In this document: positions 26,264-32,000 of the stretch, one piece after another | Layout of the letters: each line of letters starts with the position of its first letter | Position numbering within the stretch: the stretch's first letter is position 1 | The notes under the pieces: generated by a model | What the model saw: only the letters and a program-made list of their open reading frames with translations | What the model was told of the DNA's origin: nothing | Databases searched by the model: none | NCBI RefSeq assembly: GCF_022701215.1 | Contig: NZ_CP089976.1 | Span: 1,560,001-1,592,000 of the forward strand | Source: Moraxella nasovis | GTDB taxonomy: Bacteria; Pseudomonadota; Gammaproteobacteria; Pseudomonadales; Moraxellaceae | Direction: 5' to 3' | Length of the DNA: 32,000 bases | Translations under genes and position numbers: made by a program

Positions 26264-26947
26264 ATGCCGACCATACTTGTGGTAGAAGATGAATCAAACA
26301 TCTTACGCCTAATAGAATTTGGACTGACCCAAGCGGGGTTTGATGTCATCTGTGTGGACAGCAGTGAAGATGCTCGCAGGGTGATTGATGATAAATTGCC
26401 TGATTTGGTCTTGTTAGATTGGATGCTTCCTACCATGAGTGGTGTGGATTTTGTCAAGGTGCTTAGGGCAAATAATCGCACGGCAGATTTGCCAATCATC
26501 ATGCTCACCGCTCGTGGCGAAGAGATGGACAAAGAGATGGGGTTAAATCTTGGGGCGGACGATTATATTACCAAGCCGTTTTCTCCAAGAGAACTCATCG
26601 CACGCATCAAAGCACTACTAAGACGCAGGACACCACACAAAAGCGACCATGTCGTGCAGGTGGGTAAAATTACCCTAAACCCTGCCGAATACACGGTGAG
26701 CGTGGACGGTGTATTGATCAATTTTGCCCCAACAGAATTTAAGCTTTTGCATTTTTTTATGACGCACACGGGGCGAATTTATAGTCGTGGTGAGCTACTT
26801 GACCTAGTGTGGGGCGATCATGTGTTCATCGAGGAGCGAACGGTGGACGTACACATTCGCAGGCTAAGACGTGAACTTGAAGTTGTGGGTGTATCAGACT
26901 ATGTGCAGACGGTGCGTGGTGTGGGCTATGGCTTTGGTGCGGTATGA
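26264..26947 (+). CDS. phoB: Phosphate regulon response regulator PhoB (OmpR family)
   Basis: It has a receiver domain (MPTILVVEDE...DLVLLDWMLP...MLTARG...KPF) and a winged-helix output domain (LNPAEY...PTEFKLLHFFM...VDVHIRRLR...VQTVRGVGY). The ATG at 26264 follows an AAGGAG Shine-Dalgarno. It is adjacent to phoR and the pst operon. Confidence 0.9.
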   Translation: MPTILVVEDESNILRLIEFGLTQAGFDVICVDSSEDARRVIDDKLPDLVLLDWMLPTMSGVDFVKVLRANNRTADLPIIMLTARGEEMDKEMGLNLGADDYITKPFSPRELIARIKALLRRRTPHKSDHVVQVGKITLNPAEYTVSVDGVLINFAPTEFKLLHFFMTHTGRIYSRGELLDLVWGDHVFIEERTVDVHIRRLRRELEVVGVSDYVQTVRGVGYGFGAV

Positions 26948-28158
26948 TGATGGTGCTTGTTGGTGTATTGTCGTTGTGCGTGGCGGTACTATTTTTGGTG
27001 GCGGTAAGTCAATTTTATCATCTCAAACGACTCACACTGTGGCTACAAAACTCCGATAATGCCTTGCAAGCGAGTGATGTGGGCAAGCTTTTGGGTTGGC
27101 AACGCTTATATGACGAATTGTTCAAAAAAGAAAGAAGTCGTCAAAAACGAGACGACCGCCTACATCGCACCATCAATCGACTCAATCGCATGATGACCGC
27201 CATTCCAAGTGCGGTGTTGATTGTGGACGAAAAAGGCGGTATCGCATGGAAAAATGGCTTGGCAGAAGATTATTTATCCTTAAAAAACAATAAACTACCA
27301 CTGATAAAACAAGTGAATGACAAAGATTTTATCCAGTTTTTGAGTGCTAAGGAAGAGAGTGGTGTAGAGCAAAAGCTGTCATTAAATCAAAAAACACTGC
27401 TGTGTACGCTCATACCCATAGAAGCTAACGCCCGTATGCTTATCGCTCATGATGTCAGTGCGTCCGAACAGCTCATCATCACCAAAAATGCCTTTATCGC
27501 CAATGTCAGCCATGAACTTCGCACGCCTTTGACGGTCATACAGGGCTTTTTAGAGACCTTGCAGGATAATGAACTTCCCCGTGAATTACAGCTTGAATTT
27601 ATCGGTATGATGAGTAGTGAAAGCAGGCGAATGCTTGGGCTGATTGAAGATTTATTGACCCTGTCCCACCTAGAAAATGACGACCCACGCACCAAACACC
27701 AAGAAAATATTAACTTATCCGAGCTGATAGACAGTATCGTCAAAGACGCTCGTCATCTATCAGACAGCCATCATATTCATGCCGACATCACGCCTGATAT
27801 TTATATGCTTGGGGTGTATAAAGAGCTGTACAGTGCGTTCAGTAATTTGATTTTTAATGCCATTCGCCACACCGAAAATGGCACAGAGGTTCGTGTACAT
27901 CTGTCGGCAGATGATGAAATTGAGTTTTTTGTCCAAGATAATGGTGGGGGCATCAGTGGCGAGCATTTGGCACATTTGACCGAGCGGTTTTATCGGGTGG
28001 ATAAGGGCAGAAGTCGCAAAACAGGTGGCAGTGGTCTTGGTCTTGCCATCGCCAAGCACGCATTGGCACGCCATGGCGGCGTGCTTGGCGTGCATAGTGA
28101 AGTGGGTGTGGGGAGTAAATTTGGGGTAAAAATCCCCATGAATGAGACGGTGAAATGA
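26944..28158 (+). CDS. phoR: Phosphate regulon sensor histidine kinase PhoR
   Basis: It overlaps the phoB stop (ATGA). It has an N-terminal TM segment, an H-box FIANVSHELRTPLT, an N-box, and G-boxes DNGGGI and GGSGLGLAIAKH. Confidence 0.88.
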   Translation: MMMVLVGVLSLCVAVLFLVAVSQFYHLKRLTLWLQNSDNALQASDVGKLLGWQRLYDELFKKERSRQKRDDRLHRTINRLNRMMTAIPSAVLIVDEKGGIAWKNGLAEDYLSLKNNKLPLIKQVNDKDFIQFLSAKEESGVEQKLSLNQKTLLCTLIPIEANARMLIAHDVSASEQLIITKNAFIANVSHELRTPLTVIQGFLETLQDNELPRELQLEFIGMMSSESRRMLGLIEDLLTLSHLENDDPRTKHQENINLSELIDSIVKDARHLSDSHHIHADITPDIYMLGVYKELYSAFSNLIFNAIRHTENGTEVRVHLSADDEIEFFVQDNGGGISGEHLAHLTERFYRVDKGRSRKTGGSGLGLAIAKHALARHGGVLGVHSEVGVGSKFGVKIPMNETVK

Positions 28159-28217
28159 TTTGGGTTTTGGGTTTTTGTGTGATAATCTAAACAAATCATT
28201 TGCCATGCAACATCATC

Positions 28218-29089
28218 ATGAAAACCTACCTAAAATCCTTTGCCCTACCCACCGAAAGGGTGGAATATGAATACATTTTAGAACACTTACGCAACGCCAC
28301 CAATTTTCACCCCTTTAACGCCTTTACCCACAAACGACAAGATTACGACCACGCCATTACGTTTGAATTTGAACCGCTGACCTTTTTTTTATGGTACTAA
28401 TGGCTCTGGCAAAACCACCTTACTTAATATCATTGCCGAAAAATTGGCATTACACCGCAAAACCGCTTTTAATCGCTCGCCTTATTTTGATAATTATCTA
28501 AATCTTTGTTTGACGGATATTGATTATATTCCTGATGATAGCCAAATTATCACAAGCGATGATGTCTTTGATTATATGCTTGAGGTTCGCCATTTAAATC
28601 AAGGCATTGAAAATCATCGCCAAAATCTCATCAATGACTACAAAGAATATAGCAATATCAAAGTGCGTTCCTTGGCTGATTTTAAAGCCCTAGATACCGA
28701 TAAATATAAAGCGATAAAAAAAGAGTAAAAGCCAATTTGCTTATATGCACAAGCAAAATATTCATCATATCAAAGAGCAGTCTAATGGCGAGAGTGCGTT
28801 TTTTTATTTTACCGAGCGAATTACGGATAATGCCCTGTATTTATTAGATGAGCCAGAAAATAGCCTATCGCCCAACAGACAAATGGAGCTGATGAACTTT
28901 ATTACCGATAGCGTACGCTTTTATCATTGTCAGTTTATTATTGCCACGCATTCGCCGTTTTTATTATCCATGCCAAATGCCAAAATTTATGATGTGGATA
29001 ATATCCCTGTCGTTAAAAAATGGACAGAATTGGATAATGTCAGGGCGTATTATGAATTTTTTAAGGCAAGGCAGGCGGATTTTGAGTAA
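28218..29089 (+). pseudogene. ABC-like AAA family ATPase (COG3910-like), interrupted by two +1 frameshifts
   Basis: Three consecutive ORFs (28200-28400, 28444-28728, 28745-29089) join into one roughly 290-aa protein if one T is removed from the T8 run at 28383-28390 and one A from the A7 run at 28716-28722. The first change restores ...EPLTFFYGTNGSGKTTLLNIIAEKLALHRK with its Walker A. The second restores ...KAIKKSKSQFAYMHKQ.... Downstream are SNGES, Walker B LYLLDEPENSLSP and an H-loop IIATHSP. Confidence 0.8.
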
Positions 29090-29090
29090 T

Positions 29091-29741
29091 TTAACGCTGA
29101 CGAATGCGGTTTATCTTAGGCAGACAAACCTGATGATTGGCGTGATAAGTTAGCATGGCGTGAGTAATGTCGCTAAGGATTTGTTTGGATTTTTGTTTGT
29201 CAAATCCGCTGACATAACCAATGGTGTTTTTGTGTTTTTTATAAAATTGACCGTCATCGCTAAAACTGATGTGATAAAGCACCAGCTTTTGCCATGTGTG
29301 GGTGTAAGATTTTAGTTCTATGTGATAAATGCGCTCAAAACTGATGACGGTCTTTTGTTTATCACTAAATTTTAAAATACACGCCAAATGGTCTTTATCA
29401 ATGACGAGCATATCTTTGTGATGTCGCCACATGATAAAGTGAATGATTGGCAAATATAGCCCAAATCCAAATACCCCCACAAAGGCAAGTGAGATTATCA
29501 ATACAGCAATAACATCGCCATTGCCATAAAATAAACCAATCCATGTATTGATTAAATTAAAGCCAAACACTAAGGCAATCAAGATAATTGGCAAATGCTG
29601 GCTAAGGAGAATGCCGTCATCAAAATCATGGCTAATCGGATAAGCTGATGATAAAGACTCGTGGCATTCATCAAGTACACTAAAGCCATCTTGATGAATG
29701 CCGCTGACTTTGCCGTCCATGTCGTCAGGAACGTCTGTCAT
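29091..29741 (-). CDS. Hypothetical membrane protein (acidic N-terminus, 2-3 TM helices, roughly 110-aa C-terminal soluble domain)
   Basis: 216-aa ORF whose ATG (29741) overlaps the ilvA stop (ATGA). Hydrophobic segments are LPIILIALVFGFNLINTWIGLF and VIAVLIISLAFVGVFGFGLYLPIIHFIMW. No family recognised. Confidence 0.65.
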   Translation of the reverse strand: MTDVPDDMDGKVSGIHQDGFSVLDECHESLSSAYPISHDFDDGILLSQHLPIILIALVFGFNLINTWIGLFYGNGDVIAVLIISLAFVGVFGFGLYLPIIHFIMWRHHKDMLVIDKDHLACILKFSDKQKTVISFERIYHIELKSYTHTWQKLVLYHISFSDDGQFYKKHKNTIGYVSGFDKQKSKQILSDITHAMLTYHANHQVCLPKINRIRQR

Positions 29742-31285
29742 TTCAAAAATAACCCATACCCTACATTATCGCTCACTTTTTCACATTCATAGCCGATGTC
29801 GGTCAGTGCGTCCAAGATTTGTCGTGAGCTTTGGGCGGTGGCTTGTAACCCCACCAAAATCCGTCCTTCGGCAGCGCCGTGATTGCGATAATGAAACAGC
29901 GTGATATTAAAATCTTGACCTAATTTTTCTAAGAAATTTAATAATGCCCCAGGACGCTCTGGGAATACGACACGGAAAATCTCTTCATCATCAAGGTAGG
30001 CGTGTCCGCCAATCAAATAGCGAATGTGTGTTTTGGCGACTTCATCGTCTGTCAAATCATAGGCATGATAGTTATCTTCATCTAATTTTTGGGCGATGAT
30101 TGAACGTTCTTTTTGTCCATCTTTTAAGCCGATGCCCACAAAAATACTGGCAGACTCATGAGCATCTTTTGATGATGGTTTGACTCGGTAGTTAAATTCG
30201 GTGATGTTTCGCCCTTGTAGTGAGCGACAAAAATCCAAAAATGCCCCTGTCCGCTCTGGGATTTGCACTGCAAAAACCGCTTCTTTGGATTCGCCAATCT
30301 CGGTGCGTTCAGCAATGTATCGTAATCTATCAAAGTTCATGTTCGCCCCTGATACAATCGCCACGCAGTTTTTGCCGAGTAAATGATGGGTTTGAATGTA
30401 CTTTTTAAGACCTGCCAACGCCAACGCCCCAGATGGCTCAACGATGTGGCGATTTTCTTCAAAAATATCCTTGACGGCGGCACATATCTCATCGTTACTG
30501 CACGTGATGACATCATCTACCACGCTTTTTTGTCCATCTGATTTGGGGAGGCTGACGACATCAAAGGGGATTTGTCCGATTTGGGCGACTGCCACGCCAT
30601 CAGCAAAGAGTGATACTTGTGGCAGACGTGTTCGCTCGCCTGTTTTTCGTGCGATGTTTAGGCAATCAGAGCCGTCAGATTCTACACCAATCACTTTGAC
30701 GTGTGGGGCAATCTCGCCCAAAAATGCCGCCATCCCCGCAATCAAACCGCCACCGCCCACAGGCACAAAGACATATTCCATCTCACGCCAATCCTGCGAT
30801 AGCTCCAATGCCACCGTGCCTTGTCCTGCGATGACAAGCTTATCATCATAAGGGGCGATGTAGGTCAGAGCATCTGTGTTTGCTTTATTTATGGCAAATT
30901 GGTTTGCTTTATCAAAACTGTCGCCATGTAGCACGACATTGCCACCTAATGCTTTGACTGCCTTGACTTTGATGTCTGGCGTGGTGGTTGGCATGACGAT
31001 GGTACTGTGTAAACCTAATTTGCTTGCTGAATATGCCACCCCTTGGGCGTGATTGCCAGCAGATGCACAGATGATCCCTTTTGCCTTTTGTTCGGTGGAT
31101 AATTGGCTGATTTTATTATAAGCTCCACGCAGTTTAAAGCTAAATACAGGCTGTAAGTCTTCTCGTTTTAGCCGAATGTCGTTATCAAAGCGTGCCGACA
31201 GTTTCACGGCTTGGTCTAAGGGCGTGCGAATGGCGACATCATAGACAGTGGCGGTGATGATAGAGCGGACATAATGGGTGAGCAT
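29738..31285 (-). CDS. ilvA: Threonine ammonia-lyase, biosynthetic
   Basis: 515 aa with the PLP-lysine motif FSFKLRGAYN, SAGNHAQGVA, the GGGGL loop, and a duplicated C-terminal ACT-like regulatory region typical of biosynthetic IlvA. Confidence 0.95.
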   Translation of the reverse strand: MLTHYVRSIITATVYDVAIRTPLDQAVKLSARFDNDIRLKREDLQPVFSFKLRGAYNKISQLSTEQKAKGIICASAGNHAQGVAYSASKLGLHSTIVMPTTTPDIKVKAVKALGGNVVLHGDSFDKANQFAINKANTDALTYIAPYDDKLVIAGQGTVALELSQDWREMEYVFVPVGGGGLIAGMAAFLGEIAPHVKVIGVESDGSDCLNIARKTGERTRLPQVSLFADGVAVAQIGQIPFDVVSLPKSDGQKSVVDDVITCSNDEICAAVKDIFEENRHIVEPSGALALAGLKKYIQTHHLLGKNCVAIVSGANMNFDRLRYIAERTEIGESKEAVFAVQIPERTGAFLDFCRSLQGRNITEFNYRVKPSSKDAHESASIFVGIGLKDGQKERSIIAQKLDEDNYHAYDLTDDEVAKTHIRYLIGGHAYLDDEEIFRVVFPERPGALLNFLEKLGQDFNITLFHYRNHGAAEGRILVGLQATAQSSRQILDALTDIGYECEKVSDNVGYGLFLK

Positions 31286-31385
31286 AGGGTTCCTTTGTTT
31301 GTATCGACATGGTTGGTTGTCAGTATGATAAACAAAAACCGATAATTTAATAGGCTATTCGATTTAAAATAAAACCCATTAAATA

Positions 31386-31652
31386 TCATGAAAAGAAATA
31401 CTTTTGCATGGTTTTTAATAAATTTTCTTCAATCAGATTGTTAAAATCGTTGGGTAACACAGCATCAATGCCACAATAAGGGCATAGGGCTGTATCATTA
31501 TTATCAATCCAGTCTTCTTTTTGAATATCGCTATAATCAAAATAGGTCAAACAATGAAAACACGCACATTGCTGATATTTTTTCAATAAATTTCTATGAT
31601 TGGTGCAAAGTCCATGCAATGCTTTTAATTCAAAAATAGGATATGATTTCAT
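31386..31652 (-). CDS. Small Cys-rich protein of unknown function (88 aa, putative zinc ribbon)
   Basis: MKSYPIFELKALHGLCTNHRNLLKKYQQCACFHCLTYFDYSDIQKEDWIDNNDTALCPYCGIDAVLPN. It carries CxCxxC and CxxC clusters. It has an ATG start, sits in an AT-rich context, and is flanked by a hairpin. Confidence 0.6.
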   Translation of the reverse strand: MKSYPIFELKALHGLCTNHRNLLKKYQQCACFHCLTYFDYSDIQKEDWIDNNDTALCPYCGIDAVLPNDFNNLIEENLLKTMQKYFFS

Positions 31653-31673
31653 GATGAGTTATCGGTCAAAAAT

Positions 31674-31711
31674 AAATAAGATATGATAAATGAATTTATC
31701 ATATCTTATTT
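31674..31711 (-). terminator. Perfect 17-bp AT-rich hairpin downstream of the YebC-family gene
   Basis: AAATAAGATATGATAAA (31674-31690), loop TGAA, TTTATCATATCTTATTT (31695-31711). On the minus strand it is followed by ATTTTTG, 17 nt after the stop at 31728. Confidence 0.65.
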
Positions 31712-31727
31712 TAAAGCCTATGATAAA

Positions 31728-32000
31728 TTAAGCATCTAATTGTGCCATCACATCATCGCTAAAATTGACGTTGGTATAGACTTCTTGCACATCGTCTAAG
31801 TCTTCTAGCATATCAATCATTTTTAGCACACGCTGTGCATCGTCAATATCATCAATGTCGGCTGTGGTAGAAGGCGACATGGTAACTTCCATGCTGTCTG
31901 CTTTTAGTCCTGCATTTGCTAGTGCGTCCACCACCACCCCAAAGTCATTAGGTTCGGTGATGACAAGTAGGCTCTCGCCATCGTTTTCAATGTCGCTTGC
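31728..32000 (-). CDS. YebC/PmpR family DNA-binding transcriptional regulator (C-terminal part; N-terminus outside the window)
   Basis: The frame is open from the window edge: [105 protein letters not shown] is the typical YebC C-terminus. Confidence 0.85.
   Translation of the reverse strand, partial: ASDIENDGESLLVITEPNDFGVVVDALANAGLKADSMEVTMSPSTTADIDDIDDAQRVLKMIDMLEDLDDVQEVYTNVNFSDDVMAQLDA

Noticed and set aside
19000-31300. An apparent shift to more GCC/GGC/ACC/GTC-type codons and higher GC in argS, pst, pho and ilvA compared with cco and metK, considered as a possible horizontally acquired block.
   Set aside because: Spot counts on single 60-nt lines ranged widely in both halves; lolC and murB lines are also GC-richer. 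The low-GC genes (ccoN, metK) are typical highly expressed genes with their own codon bias. There is no sharp boundary, tRNA-flanked junction or mobility gene.
1-32000. CRISPR arrays, IS elements or transposases, integrases, prophage genes, and recognisable toxin-antitoxin or restriction/defence cassettes.
   Set aside because: No regularly spaced repeats, no transposase- or integrase-like ORFs, and no characteristic paired small ORFs were found. The only repeat-type sequences are the tRNA duplication, the 75-bp palindromic element and short regulatory-scale repeats.

Overview
This window reads as a mostly housekeeping chromosomal segment from an AT-leaning gammaproteobacterium. The SecB, Pst and ArgRS sequences and the gene order look Moraxellaceae-like, but that assignment is inference only. 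In order it contains: an SCP2-domain gene fragment; the cbb3 oxidase operon ccoNOQP, including a 57-aa ccoQ missing from the ORF track; an orphan 319-aa gene; a single LolC/E-type permease plus lolD; a DUF2062 gene; orn; a DUF3144 gene; a decayed alpha/beta-hydrolase pseudogene; metK; an MFS transporter; two identical tandem tRNA-Ser(UGA) genes; rsgA; a rhodanese-grxC-secB cluster; a translationally coupled LMW-PTP-murB-DUF218 operon; a coupled membrane protein-ASCH-hslR operon; a damaged argS; pstSCAB with a clear Pho box; phoBR; a twice-frameshifted ABC-like AAA ATPase; ilvA coupled to an unknown membrane protein; a small Cys-rich protein; and a YebC-family gene fragment. I found no CRISPR array, transposase or integrase, prophage, recognisable defence or toxin island, or convincing new multi-gene system. 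The items most worth a second look are these: (1) argS carries both a homopolymer frameshift and a clean in-frame deletion of its anticodon-binding domain; (2) three inactivated genes lie within about 20 kb, and every locatable single-base frameshift sits in an A/T run; (3) a 75-bp palindromic REP/MITE-like element is inserted between pstC and pstA; (4) there is no phoU after pstB, and the 415-bp pstB-phoB spacer has helically phased direct repeats and an anti-SD/SD-like long-range inverted repeat; (5) an inverted pair of the 9-mer GCCGTCTGA, the core of the Neisseria DNA uptake sequence, lies downstream of lolD; (6) two unannotatable membrane proteins of similar architecture are each start/stop-coupled to housekeeping genes. 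All homology calls come from my own reading of the translations, and no database search was run.
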